Shown here one piece after another: positions 52,320 through 61,997 of a stretch of DNA of 64,000 nt. This DNA is from an uncultured Planctomycetaceae bacterium. GTDB lineage: Bacteria > Planctomycetota > Phycisphaerae > SM23-33. The DNA lies in assembly GCA_964428895.1 (NCBI GenBank), contig CAYRZU010000005.1, forward strand, positions 1,798 through 65,797. The letters are read 5' to 3'. Each line of letters starts with the position of its first letter. Position 1 is the stretch's first letter. A program made the position numbers and the translations under genes. The notes under the pieces are model-generated. The model had not been told where the DNA came from. It was given only the letters and a program-made list of their open reading frames with translations, and searched no databases.

Positions 52320-54575
52320 ATGGCCAAGTTGTTCGAAGAACCCGCTGCGCCCGCCGGGGCCGCCCAGGCTGTCGACCCCAACGCCCGGGTCGTCGGCGTG
52401 GCCGTCAATGCCAACGTCTGGCGGAGCTTCGACTACCTCTGGCCCGACGCCTTTGGCGAACCCATTGCCGGCCAGCGCGTTTCGGTGTCATTCGGGCGGG
52501 GCAACCGCAAGACACTGGGGGTGGTCGTCCAGACCGATCGCACGCCGGGCCCACACCCGCTCAAGGCGGTCGCCGACGTAATCGACGCGCAGCCGCAATT
52601 GGATGCGTCGCTGTTGGAACTAGGCCAGTGGATGAGCGAGTACTATCTGACGCCGTTGGGGCTGACCTTGGCGGCCATGGTGCCCTCGGCCGTCGGCCGG
52701 CACGCCGCCCGATTGGAGACGATCTGCTATCTGGCGTCGGAGCGGGCCGATTGGCCGGCGCGGCTGGGCGGCCGGCAGCGGCGCGTGCTGGACGAACTGC
52801 TGGAGGCCCGCAAGCAGGGGGTTGAGCCGTTGGTCCTGGAAGAGCTGATGCACCACAGCGGGGCCTCGCGCGATAGCATCAAGCGCCTGTCGGGCCGATC
52901 GCTGATTCGGTTGGACACGCGCCCGGTCACGCTGCCGGAACTGGCCACCGAAGCCGGCGAAGATCCCTTCGAACTCAACGACGATCAGGTCCAGGTGCTG
53001 GCGGCCCTGGACGGCAAGCTCGGCGGGGGGTTCTCGACCACCTTGCTGCATGGCGTAACCGGCAGCGGCAAGACCGAGATCTACGTCCGCGCCATTCGTC
53101 ACGTGGCGGCCGCGGGCAAGCAGGCGATTCTGCTCGTGCCGGAGATCGCCCTGGCCACACAGACGCTGCAGCGCCTGTTGGAGCGTTTGCCGCGGGTGGC
53201 GGTGCTCCACAGCGGGCTGACGGCCGTCCAACGAGCGTTCTACTACGACCAGATTCGCGACGGGCACGCGTCGGTGGTGGTCGGCCCGCGGAGTGCGATC
53301 TTCGCACCGGCCCGGGAGCTCGGGCTGATCATCGTCGACGAAGAACACGAGCCCACCTACAAGCAGGACACCGCCCCGCGCTATCACGCCCGGGATGTGG
53401 CCGTCAAGCGCGCCAGCCTCACCGGCGTACCGGTGCTGCTGGGCTCGGCCACGCCGTCACTGGAATCGCTCCGCAACGTTCGACTGGGGCGGTACGACTT
53501 GCTCCGCCTGCCCAAACGCGTTCGGGGCCTACCCATGCCCTCGCTGAACATCGTTCACCTCCGCCACGAATTGCAGCCGGGGCGGATTGAACTGGTCGGC
53601 AAGACGCTGACCCAACGCATGGCGGTGGTGCTGGACCGCGGCGAGCAGATCATCCTGCTGATGAACCGGCGGGGGTACGCCAGCTTCATCTTCTGTCCGA
53701 AGTGCAAGTGGGAGATGAAGTGCGACCACTGCGAACGGTCGATGGTCTTCCACCAGGCGACGCAGTTGGCGATGTGTCATTACTGTCAGCATTCGGCCTC
53801 GCTGCCGGAGTACTGCCCGGCCTGCGGAGGCAAGCTGCTGCTGTTCGGCATGGGCATTCAGCGTGTGGCCAACGAACTGGCCCGGAAGTTCCCCGAGGTC
53901 CGCCTGGCCCGGATGGACAGCGACACCATGACCTCGCCCAAGCAGTTCCAGAAGGTCTTCGACGCGTTCTCGGCCGGCGAGTTGGACGTATTGCTGGGAA
54001 CGCAGATGGTGGGCAAGGGGCTCGATTTCCCGCGGGTGTCGTTGGTGGGCGTGATTTCGGCGGATACGTCGCTGATGATCCCCGATTTCCGAGCCGCAGA
54101 GCGAACGTTCCAATTAATCGTTCAGGTGGCCGGCCGAGCCGGTCGGGCCGAGCACGCCGGCGAGGTCGTCGTCCAAACCCTCCACGCCGATGAGCCCGCC
54201 GTCGCCCTGGCTGCCCAGCATGACTACGATACCTTCGCCGAGCAGGAATTGCAGAGCCGCCACGAAGCCCAGCTGCCGCCGTTTACGCGGATGATCCGCT
54301 TCATCGTGCGCGACGCCAGTTCCACCAAGGCCGAAGCGTCGTCGCAGCAATTAGCCGAGCGCCTTAAGGTGCTGATCGGCGATCAGCCGGTGCGCACCTA
54401 CGGCCCTCAGCCGGCTGGCGTGCCGCGAATCCGCGATCAGTTCCGCTGGCAGATCCTGCTCGTGCTGGACCGGGCCGGCGCTATCCAGCAGACGCTGTTT
54501 CCGCAGATGGAGTCGCTTTGTCACGGCCTCGGTAGCGACGTTATCGCCGACGTGGACCCGGTCAATCTGATCTGA
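52320..54575 (+). CDS. priA: primosomal protein N' (replication restart helicase)
   Basis: Start at 'MAKLFEEP' (ATG 52320). Walker A 'GVTGSGKTE', 'IIVDEEHE' (DExH), Cys-rich Zn region 'CPKCKWEMKCDHC...CHYC...CPACGG'. Confidence 0.95.
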   Translation: MAKLFEEPAAPAGAAQAVDPNARVVGVAVNANVWRSFDYLWPDAFGEPIAGQRVSVSFGRGNRKTLGVVVQTDRTPGPHPLKAVADVIDAQPQLDASLLELGQWMSEYYLTPLGLTLAAMVPSAVGRHAARLETICYLASERADWPARLGGRQRRVLDELLEARKQGVEPLVLEELMHHSGASRDSIKRLSGRSLIRLDTRPVTLPELATEAGEDPFELNDDQVQVLAALDGKLGGGFSTTLLHGVTGSGKTEIYVRAIRHVAAAGKQAILLVPEIALATQTLQRLLERLPRVAVLHSGLTAVQRAFYYDQIRDGHASVVVGPRSAIFAPARELGLIIVDEEHEPTYKQDTAPRYHARDVAVKRASLTGVPVLLGSATPSLESLRNVRLGRYDLLRLPKRVRGLPMPSLNIVHLRHELQPGRIELVGKTLTQRMAVVLDRGEQIILLMNRRGYASFIFCPKCKWEMKCDHCERSMVFHQATQLAMCHYCQHSASLPEYCPACGGKLLLFGMGIQRVANELARKFPEVRLARMDSDTMTSPKQFQKVFDAFSAGELDVLLGTQMVGKGLDFPRVSLVGVISADTSLMIPDFRAAERTFQLIVQVAGRAGRAEHAGEVVVQTLHADEPAVALAAQHDYDTFAEQELQSRHEAQLPPFTRMIRFIVRDASSTKAEASSQQLAERLKVLIGDQPVRTYGPQPAGVPRIRDQFRWQILLVLDRAGAIQQTLFPQMESLCHGLGSDVIADVDPVNLI

Positions 54576-54660
54576 CCCATTTCCCTTGACCGTCGCGCTT
54601 GGGCCGATAGAATCGATGAAGGGAGTATCCTCTGAGGACTCCTGCCTTGTAAGGCATCCC

Positions 54661-55785
54661 ATGGCAAGAGCTAAGAAGAAGACCAAACGAAGCGCCTCTC
54701 GCGCCAAGGCCAATTCGGCCATCGACGAGCTTCGCAAGAAGATCGACCAACTGGACGCGAATCTGATCGGCCTGTTTAACGACCGGGCCAGAATCGTCCA
54801 GGAGATCGGCCAACTCAAGCGCGGCGCCGACGTGCCGGTCTATTCGCCCGACCGCGAGTATGAAGTGCTGCAGCGAATCAGCCGCCTGAACAAAGGGCCC
54901 TTGCCCAAGCATACGCTGCAGGCGATCTACCGCGAATTGATGAGCGGGTCCTTCGCGTTGGAAAAACCGCTGCGGATCGGCTACCTCGGGCCGGCGGGCA
55001 CCTTCAGCCACCTCGCGGCCATGCGGAAGTTCGGGGCTTCGGTCGACTACGAGCCGCTGTCCGACATCGAGGCGATTTTCGAAGAAGTCGCCCGCAAGCG
55101 GTGCGACCTGGGCATCGTGCCTATCGAGAACACTCTCGGCGGCGGCGTGATCGACACCTTGGATTGCTTCACGCACTTCCACGGCCACGTGTGCGCCGAA
55201 GTGCTCCTGGAGATTCATCACAGCCTGCTGGCCAACTGCTCGGCCGACAAGATCAAGACCATCTACTCCCGCCCCGAGGCCTTCGCTCAGTGCCGGGAGT
55301 GGCTGTCCAGCCGGTACCGCAATGTCGACCTCGTTCCGGTGGCCAGTTCCGCCCGCGCCGCCCAGATGGTCGCCAAGAGTCGCACCGCGGCGGCGTTGGG
55401 GTCCACGCTGGCTGCGGAAGTCCACGGCCTGAGAGTGCTGGCCGAGCACGTCGAGGACAAGCCCAACAACCTGACGCGGTTCCTGGTCCTGTCCAACACG
55501 CCCGCCAAGCGAACGGGCAATGACCGAACCGCCCTGATGTTCACCACCCGCCACAAGTCCGGGGCTTTGGTCGACGCCTTGAACGTGTTGGCCAAGCACG
55601 AGGTCAACCTCTCCAGCATCGATTCCCGTCCCACTCGGCGTCGAAACTGGGCCTATTACTTCTTCGTCGAGGCCGAAGGACACATCGAAGACGACCGCCT
55701 GGCCGGCGCCGTCGACGAGATCAAGACGCACTGCGGCGAACTGCACGTTCTAGGCAGTTTCCCCCGCGCCACCGAGCCGGTCTGA
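54661..55785 (+). CDS. pheA: bifunctional chorismate mutase / prephenate dehydratase (P-protein)
   Basis: Start at ATG 54661. CM domain 'IDELRKKIDQLDANLIGLFNDRARIVQEIGQLK', PDT 'IGYLGPAGTFSH' and 'TRFLVL', ACT 'GALVDALNVLAKHEVNLSSIDSRP'. Confidence 0.93.
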   Translation: MARAKKKTKRSASRAKANSAIDELRKKIDQLDANLIGLFNDRARIVQEIGQLKRGADVPVYSPDREYEVLQRISRLNKGPLPKHTLQAIYRELMSGSFALEKPLRIGYLGPAGTFSHLAAMRKFGASVDYEPLSDIEAIFEEVARKRCDLGIVPIENTLGGGVIDTLDCFTHFHGHVCAEVLLEIHHSLLANCSADKIKTIYSRPEAFAQCREWLSSRYRNVDLVPVASSARAAQMVAKSRTAAALGSTLAAEVHGLRVLAEHVEDKPNNLTRFLVLSNTPAKRTGNDRTALMFTTRHKSGALVDALNVLAKHEVNLSSIDSRPTRRRNWAYYFFVEAEGHIEDDRLAGAVDEIKTHCGELHVLGSFPRATEPV

Positions 55786-55912
55786 TTGCGGTTGACGGAT
55801 CACGCTTGGTCCGTCATAGTACGCTGTTTCAACCATCGCCGAGCGACCCAACCGGGCCTGTCATCCTGAGTTGTCGGCGAAAGAAACGGACCAGACGTTC
55901 AGGAGTTAGCGG

Positions 55913-56680
55913 ATGTCCAGGAAGTTATTCATTGCGGGCAATTGGAAGATGAACACCTCGTTGGCCGACGGATGCGCGTTGGCCAAGGGGTTGGCGGAGC
56001 GTTTGGGCTCGGTCCAGGACATGGACTTGGGCGTGGCCCCGCCGTTTGTGTACCTGGCGGGCATCAAAGACGCCCTGGCCGGCAGCCCCATCGCCCTGGG
56101 CGCCCAGAATATGTTCTACGAGGACAACGGCGCCTTCACCGGCGAGACCTCAGCGGCCATGCTGAAGGACGTCGGCTGCAGCTTCGCCATTCTCGGCCAC
56201 AGCGAACGCCGTCACGTCATCGGCGAGACGGACGAGTTGGTCAACCGGAAGGTGCTCAAGGCTCTTTCGGATGGCCTGGACGTGATTCTGGCGGTGGGGG
56301 AACTGCTCAGCGAGCGCGAGGCCGACCAGACCATGGACGTGGTCAGTCGGCAGGTCCGGGTCGGGCTTGAGGGCGTGACCAAGACGGACATGGCCTCGGT
56401 GACGGTCGCCTACGAACCGGTCTGGGCCATTGGCACGGGCGTGACGGCCACCCCGGACCAGGCCCAAGAGGTCCACGCCAATATTCGTGAACTGCTCGGA
56501 CAAATTTACGACGGCTCGGCTGCCGATGCCGTTCGGATTCAATACGGCGGATCCGTCAAGGCGGCCAATGCGGCCGAACTGCTGGGTCTGCCGGACGTGG
56601 ACGGCGCGCTGGTGGGTGGCGCGAGTCTGAAAGTGGACGACTTTACGGGTATCGTCGAGGCCGGCCAGGGCGTGTCCTAG
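55913..56680 (+). CDS. tpiA: triosephosphate isomerase
   Basis: 255 aa. 'FIAGNWKMN', 'ILGHSERR', 'AYEPVWAIGTG', 'IQYGGSV'. Confidence 0.97.
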   Translation: MSRKLFIAGNWKMNTSLADGCALAKGLAERLGSVQDMDLGVAPPFVYLAGIKDALAGSPIALGAQNMFYEDNGAFTGETSAAMLKDVGCSFAILGHSERRHVIGETDELVNRKVLKALSDGLDVILAVGELLSEREADQTMDVVSRQVRVGLEGVTKTDMASVTVAYEPVWAIGTGVTATPDQAQEVHANIRELLGQIYDGSAADAVRIQYGGSVKAANAAELLGLPDVDGALVGGASLKVDDFTGIVEAGQGVS

Positions 56681-56717
56681 CCGCCGCCTGAGACGATTTT
56701 TCAAAGAGACGGATACG

Positions 56718-57326
56718 ATGCTTGCTCTGACGCTTTTGGAAGGCTTGATGGCGGTGTTGTTCATCATCACCACCGTACTATTGATTCTAATCGTTCTGCT
56801 TCAGAAGGGCCGCGGCGGCGGTCTCGGCGCCGCTTTTAGCGGGTCCGGCGGCAGCGCCTTTGGCACCCGGACTGGTGATGTGTTCACCTGGGTGACCATT
56901 GTCCTGACGGTGGCGTTCCTGCTGCTGGCGGTCGGCACGACACTGGTATTCCGGCCTCCCCCGGGCCTGGTGACGCAGCCGCGGTTCGAGCCCATCCCCC
57001 CGGGCAATATCGGCGAGGAGACCCCCGTCAAGATCTACTGCGACACCCTCGGCGCGGCGATTTATTACACCGTCGACGGCAGCGACCCGATTCCGGGGAC
57101 GTCGGACCTCTACGAAGGTCAATCGCTGAAGATCCAGCCGGGCCAGACCCTCAAGGCCATTGGCAGTCGGCCGGACTGGAAGCCCAGCATGATTCAGGAC
57201 GGCGGCAGCGCCTACGGTGTTGAAGATGAAGAGCCGGCCGATGTCTTGCCGGAGATCCTCCTGCCGCGGGTCGATGAGTCGACCACCTTGCCGGCCGAGG
57301 TCCCGGCGGCGCCCGCATCCGAGTGA
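56718..57326 (+). CDS. secG: preprotein translocase SecG fused to a chitobiase/hexosaminidase-C-like (CHB_HEX_C-type) domain
   Basis: The first ~75 aa are a typical SecG (two TM helices flanking 'LLQKGRGGGLGAAFSGSGGSAFGTRTG') in the conserved tpiA-secG position. The C-terminal part has 'VKIYCDTLGAAIYYTVDGSDPIPGTSDLYEGQSLKIQPGQTLKAIG' followed by an acidic tail. Confidence 0.8.
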   Translation: MLALTLLEGLMAVLFIITTVLLILIVLLQKGRGGGLGAAFSGSGGSAFGTRTGDVFTWVTIVLTVAFLLLAVGTTLVFRPPPGLVTQPRFEPIPPGNIGEETPVKIYCDTLGAAIYYTVDGSDPIPGTSDLYEGQSLKIQPGQTLKAIGSRPDWKPSMIQDGGSAYGVEDEEPADVLPEILLPRVDESTTLPAEVPAAPASE

Positions 57327-57379
57327 TTGATCGATCGGAGACGATCTTCCGCGCCCGTTGGCGCCAGGAGACACCACGA

Positions 57380-58261
57380 ATGCTTCGCTCCATGACGGGC
57401 TACGGTAACGCCAGGGGACAGGCCGAGGGAATCGCCTACGAGGTCGAGGTCCGAGCGGTCAACCACCGGTATCTTAAGAGCGTCATTCGATTGCCGGACG
57501 CTTGGTCCTCGGTGGAGGCCGACATCGACAAGCGTCTTCGCCAGCACATTACGCGGGGGGCAATCACCCTGTCGGTTCGGATGAAGCTGACCGATGAGCA
57601 GGCCGCCTGTAGCGTCAACGCCGCGGCGCTAAACCACTACCTGGACGCACTTCGGGAGATTGAAGTTGAAGCCAACCCCACCTTGCGGATCGACCTGGGG
57701 TCGCTGCTGCAGTTGCCGGGTGTCTGCGAGTCGCCCTCGCTGGAAGAGACCTGCGAAGCCACCCGGCAATTGCTGATGGACCTGATCGATGAAGCCCTGG
57801 TGGGCCTGGTACAAATGCGCACCGGCGAAGGCGAAGCCCTGGCTGCGGACCTGCTGGCCCATTGCGACGTCATCGAGCGTTCCCTGGAGACCGTTCGGGT
57901 CCGGGCGCCGGAGGTGGTGATCGATTACCATCATCGCCTGCAGCAGCGCGTGGCGGATCTGACCAATGCCGCCCAGATCGATCTGGACGCCGATGTCCTT
58001 GCGCGGGAGGTGGCTGTCTTCGCCGAGCGATGCGATATTGCCGAGGAGGTCTCTCGGCTAACCGGGCATATTGATCAGTTCCGAAAGGCGGCCACCTCGG
58101 ACGCCGCGGCCGGCCGAAAGTTGGACTTCATTGCCCAAGAGATGCTCCGTGAGGCCAACACCATCGGAGCCAAGGCCAACGATGCCGAGATCGCACGCGT
58201 GGTGGTTGAGATCAAGACCGCCATCGACCGCGTCAAAGAGCAGGTTCAAAACGCCGAGTAG
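57380..58261 (+). CDS. yicC: YicC-family stress-induced protein
   Basis: Start at 'MLRSMTGYG' (ATG 57380, AGGAG SD). 'VEVRAVNHRYL' and C-terminal 'QEMLREANTIGAKAND' blocks. Confidence 0.9.
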   Translation: MLRSMTGYGNARGQAEGIAYEVEVRAVNHRYLKSVIRLPDAWSSVEADIDKRLRQHITRGAITLSVRMKLTDEQAACSVNAAALNHYLDALREIEVEANPTLRIDLGSLLQLPGVCESPSLEETCEATRQLLMDLIDEALVGLVQMRTGEGEALAADLLAHCDVIERSLETVRVRAPEVVIDYHHRLQQRVADLTNAAQIDLDADVLAREVAVFAERCDIAEEVSRLTGHIDQFRKAATSDAAAGRKLDFIAQEMLREANTIGAKANDAEIARVVVEIKTAIDRVKEQVQNAE

Positions 58262-58282
58262 GCGTTCGCTTCGGAGATCCCC

Positions 58283-58858
58283 GTGACCCAGCGCGGCAAA
58301 CTGGTTGTCATTACCGGGCCGTCAGGGGTGGGCAAGAGCACCATCGTTCGCGAGGTGCTGGCCCGGACCGGCGCGGCGTTTAGCGTGTCGGCCACCACGC
58401 GGTCGCCGCGAGCCGGGGAGGTCGACGGGCGGGAGTACCGCTTTGTCGATCGGGCGGCCTTCGAGGGCATGATCGGCCGCGACGAGCTGTTGGAGTGGGC
58501 GGAGGTCTACGGTGAGTATTACGGCACGCCGGCAGGGCCCGTCCGCGAGTTGGTCGCCGCGGGCAAGACGGTGATCCTGGAGATCGACGTCGCCGGCGGC
58601 AAGCAGGTGCACGCCCGTGCGCCGGAGGCGGTGTTCGTCCTGATCGAGCCGCCCAGCGCCGAGGCCTTGGACGGTAGGCTGAGCGGGCGTGGGAGTGAAA
58701 GCGACGAGCAGCGTCGCCTCAGGCTGGGCGCCGCAACCAAGGAAATCGGCGAAGCCAAATGCAGCGGCGTGTATAATCACAGCGTCATCAATGACGATTT
58801 GGATGAGGCCATCGACGAGATGGTCGCCATCGTTACTCGGGAGATGCCACAAGAATGA
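58283..58858 (+). CDS. gmk: guanylate kinase
   Basis: GTG start. 'VITGPSGVGKST', 'SATTRSPRAGEVDGREYRFV', 'LEWAEVYGEYYGT'. Confidence 0.95.
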   Translation: MTQRGKLVVITGPSGVGKSTIVREVLARTGAAFSVSATTRSPRAGEVDGREYRFVDRAAFEGMIGRDELLEWAEVYGEYYGTPAGPVRELVAAGKTVILEIDVAGGKQVHARAPEAVFVLIEPPSAEALDGRLSGRGSESDEQRRLRLGAATKEIGEAKCSGVYNHSVINDDLDEAIDEMVAIVTREMPQE

Positions 58859-59106
58859 TCGAAGCACTGAAGAGCGAAGAACTGGTCAAGAAGGTTGGCG
58901 GACACTTCAAGCTGACGGCGCTGATCCAGCGTCGTTTAGTGGAGTTGGTTCAGGGCCAGCGCCCCCTGGTGGAGCGCAAGAGCCCCGACGGGCGGAAGCT
59001 GACCGACATGGAGATCGTCATTCAGGAAATCCTGGAAGACAAGATCGGCATCGACTACGACAAGTCCGACATCACGCCGCCGGCAAAGTCGGGCAAGAAG
59101 TCGTAG
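58855..59106 (+). CDS. rpoZ: DNA-directed RNA polymerase subunit omega
   Basis: 83 aa, 4-nt overlap with gmk (the conserved gmk-rpoZ pair). 'VGGHFKLTALIQRRLVEL' matches the omega N-terminal helix pattern. Confidence 0.8.
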   Translation: MIEALKSEELVKKVGGHFKLTALIQRRLVELVQGQRPLVERKSPDGRKLTDMEIVIQEILEDKIGIDYDKSDITPPAKSGKKS

Positions 59107-59116
59107 CTTAGAGACC

Positions 59117-59716
59117 ATGACGGCAAGGGACGAACAACCTCTGGCCGATTTCCAGTTGCTGCTGTGCGTGACGGGCGGCATCGCCTGTTACAAGTCGGCG
59201 GATCTGGCCAGTAAGTTCGTCCAGGCCGGTGCCGACGTCACCGTGGCCATGACCGACGCCGCCCAGCGATTCATCACGCCGTTGACCTTCCAATCACTGA
59301 CCGGGCGGGAGGTCTATGTGAATTTGTGGCAGGCGTCCGAAGCCTATGAGATTCGCCACACCTCGCTGGCCGACCGGATCGACCTGATGATCGTGGCGCC
59401 GGCGACGGCCAACATCCTGGCCAAGATGGCCGGCGGAATCGCCGACGACCTGGTCTCCACGACGGCATTGGCGGTCACCGGCGCGTGCGACATTCTGGTC
59501 GCCCCGGCCATGAACCCACGCATGTGGGATGCCCCGGCCACTCAGGCGAATAGGACGCTCCTGGCCGAGCGCGGCGTTGACGTGATCGGCCCGACCGAGG
59601 GGCGGATGGCGTGCGGGGTCGTCGGGCTGGGCCGAATGTCCGAGCCTGCGGACATTCGCCAGAGGGCGCGCGACCTGCTTAAGGGCAAGCAGCCACGGAT
59701 GGGTGCGGATCTCTGA
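59117..59716 (+). CDS. coaC: phosphopantothenoylcysteine decarboxylase (flavoprotein, CoaC half only)
   Basis: 199 aa. 'LLLCVTGGIACYK', 'VAPATANILAKMAGGIADDL', 'PAMNPRMW', 'LACGVVGLGRM'-type block. No CoaB (synthetase) half follows. Confidence 0.85.
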   Translation: MTARDEQPLADFQLLLCVTGGIACYKSADLASKFVQAGADVTVAMTDAAQRFITPLTFQSLTGREVYVNLWQASEAYEIRHTSLADRIDLMIVAPATANILAKMAGGIADDLVSTTALAVTGACDILVAPAMNPRMWDAPATQANRTLLAERGVDVIGPTEGRMACGVVGLGRMSEPADIRQRARDLLKGKQPRMGADL

Positions 59717-59738
59717 TCGCGGGGGGGAGGGCAGGGAG

Positions 59739-60038
59739 CTACCGGGGAAGCTGAACTCGCCGCTGTGAATCAAGCTGTTCGTTCACCCGGAACAGCAGGG
59801 CTGTCCGACCCACAATACCGATGCAGATCGCCCCAAGCCGCTCCGCCGCCTCGGCCGCCACGCTCTTGCGTTGCGGGCCGGCGGGGAGCTTGATCTTGAT
59901 CAGTTCCGCCCGGTCGAGATGGTCGCTCAACTGCTGCACCACTTGGTCCGAGAGGCCCGCCTTGCCGATGATGGTCGCCGGGGCGAGCGATTGGCCCAGG
60001 CCCCGCAAGTGACGCTTCTGTTTGCCGGTCAAGTCCAA
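59739..60038 (-). CDS. yhbY: YhbY-like CRM-domain RNA-binding protein
   Basis: 99 aa. 'LTGKQKRHLRGLGQSLAPATIIGKAGLSDQVVQQLSDHLDRAELIKIKL' is the typical YhbY/CRS1 pattern. Confidence 0.85.
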   Translation of the reverse strand: MDLTGKQKRHLRGLGQSLAPATIIGKAGLSDQVVQQLSDHLDRAELIKIKLPAGPQRKSVAAEAAERLGAICIGIVGRTALLFRVNEQLDSQRRVQLPR

Positions 60039-60058
60039 GGGGGTCTCCGTGGCGGCCC

Positions 60059-60904
60059 CTACAGCAGGCCGAGCGGCGTTGTGGTTTCCGGGAAGGTCTC
60101 AGCCGTCAGAGGCCGGTCGGCATCGAACGAGGCCACGCAGCCGGAGTTGTTCTCGCTGGTAATGGCGACGGCCCGGTCCGAGATCACCTCGTAACTACCG
60201 TCAACCGGGCGATGGCTGAGCAGGAAGAACTCTACGCCGAGTTGGTCGGCCAAGGCGTCGATCTGTTCGGGCTCTTGTCGGCGTCCCCAGGTCCATTCGT
60301 AGACGGCGCCTCCGCGGAGCAGGTCCTCATCGTGGTTGGCCCGGTCCAGGATCTCCGCGCCAATTCGGTCCAAAGCAGCCGGGGATGGAATCGAGTGGGC
60401 GATCAGCACCCCCCCCGGTGTTCGGACGGCCAGGGGTTGGCTCTGCAGGAACATCAGCACCGCCTCGAGGACCTCCTCGCCGCCGCCTTCAAAGGCGCTG
60501 ATGACATCGGCGGTGAATTGGCGGCACAGATTCCGTCCGTCCTTTGAGACCTCGCGGCCCGTGATTTGGGCTACGTCGTGATTGGACAGCAGGAACAGCA
60601 GTTGTTCCGGGTGGGCGACTTTCAGCCGGGCGGCGCGGAGCAGCAAATCAATGCTCCGATCCTTATTGGACTTTGGGTCGAGCTCGCCGTGGATGAGTTC
60701 CTGCAGCACCAGGATGCGCTGGGGGTGGTCGGCCAGGTCCGCGTGTTTGATAATTCGGGCCAGCAGGGGCCGTTGCCCGTGAAGATCGCCGGCGACGACC
60801 AACTCGCAGGGGGTCTCCAGCCAAACCGTGTTGCCGCGGCGGCGGTTGTCTTCGGTATTGATCCGGGCGGCGTTTCGGAAGATGTCGGCAACCGGGTGGG
60901 ACAC
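60059..60904 (-). CDS. divergent calcineurin-like metallophosphoesterase (putative protein phosphatase)
   Basis: 281 aa. Motif I 'VAGDLHG' is intact. Motif II reads 'VLQELIHG' instead of GDxVDRG, motif III 'SNHD' instead of GNHE, with later 'IAHS' and 'LSHRP'. 5 nt downstream of the kinase gene. Confidence 0.7.
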   Translation of the reverse strand: MSHPVADIFRNAARINTEDNRRRGNTVWLETPCELVVAGDLHGQRPLLARIIKHADLADHPQRILVLQELIHGELDPKSNKDRSIDLLLRAARLKVAHPEQLLFLLSNHDVAQITGREVSKDGRNLCRQFTADVISAFEGGGEEVLEAVLMFLQSQPLAVRTPGGVLIAHSIPSPAALDRIGAEILDRANHDEDLLRGGAVYEWTWGRRQEPEQIDALADQLGVEFFLLSHRPVDGSYEVISDRAVAITSENNSGCVASFDADRPLTAETFPETTTPLGLL

Positions 60905-60909
60905 GATCT

Positions 60910-61755
60910 CTAGCTTCCGGGCCCGTCATGGCGCGCCATGGCTCGCCGGACAAGCCCCAGACGCGAAACGACAGCGTCCATGTTCTGTGGGCGTCGGTCC
61001 GGCAGGAGTTCAACGCAGTCCATCACGAGTTTGCTGAGGGCGGGAGGCACCTGGGGGTTGACCTGCTCAGGCGGCGCCAGCTGCAGGTCGGCCTTGAGGG
61101 TGACCTGATCCTGTTTGGGCAGGATTGTGGGAATAGGCTTTGCGGTGAGGACCCAATAGAGCGTGGCGCCGTAATTGAAGACGTCGGTCCGGGCGTCGAG
61201 GGGCTTACGTTTGACCTGTTCGGGGGCGATGTAGTCGGGCGTGCCCTGGATGCGGTCTTTAATCTTGCCGATCCGGCAGCTCTGGCCGAAGTCGATGATC
61301 TTCACCGTGCCGTCGGGCCCGGCCAGGATGTTGTTCGGCTTGAGGTCGGCGTGAACCCATCCTTGGCTGTTCATATGGGCCATGGCCTCGGCCACACGCG
61401 TGAAGATATGGACGATATCGCCCATGGCTTTCGGTCGATGGTCCTGGAGGGTCTGGCCGGGGCAAATCTCCATGAACATCTGGAGTTCCCGCACGCGGAA
61501 GAGCAGACGGACTTTCCGCACGCGGTGGATCTTCCGGATCGCGTCGTGGTCGAGGTCCTGAGCGACGTGGTATTCGTTGAGCGCTTGATGAAAGAAGCGG
61601 ACGTCACGCGGGGTCCGCTTGACAATCCTCTTGAGTGCAAACCGCTGGCTGGTCTTGCGGCTGCGGACCTCGTAGATAACGCTTCCGGCGCCGTTACCTA
61701 GGTGGCGCACCACGTGATAGCCGGGGACTTGCAGTGTCCTCGAGTCGCTTGGCAT
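60910..61755 (-). CDS. serine/threonine protein kinase, catalytic domain only
   Basis: 281 aa. 'LGNGAGSVIYEV', 'FALKRI' (Lys), 'HADLKPNN', 'IIDFGQS', 'GTPDYIAPE'. No TM helix or sensor domain. Confidence 0.9.
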   Translation of the reverse strand: MPSDSRTLQVPGYHVVRHLGNGAGSVIYEVRSRKTSQRFALKRIVKRTPRDVRFFHQALNEYHVAQDLDHDAIRKIHRVRKVRLLFRVRELQMFMEICPGQTLQDHRPKAMGDIVHIFTRVAEAMAHMNSQGWVHADLKPNNILAGPDGTVKIIDFGQSCRIGKIKDRIQGTPDYIAPEQVKRKPLDARTDVFNYGATLYWVLTAKPIPTILPKQDQVTLKADLQLAPPEQVNPQVPPALSKLVMDCVELLPDRRPQNMDAVVSRLGLVRRAMARHDGPGS

Positions 61756-61997
61756 GTCTTGAGTGTCTCAGGGATAACGCTGAATGATCGAATTAACGAA
61801 AGTATTCTATCTTGGGTCGCGTTCCGTGGATAGGCTCGTGTTGGTGCTATCTTCGGATTCTGCCCGGCCGGCCGAAAGAGGCCCACAATTGCTCTGGGGC
61901 GGAAAAGCTAACTCAAGATTGCCCCTGCCCGTTCCGACATATTCCGTGAGAAGAACCGCGCGCGGGTTTTCGCGCCAAACACGTTAAGGATAGCACC

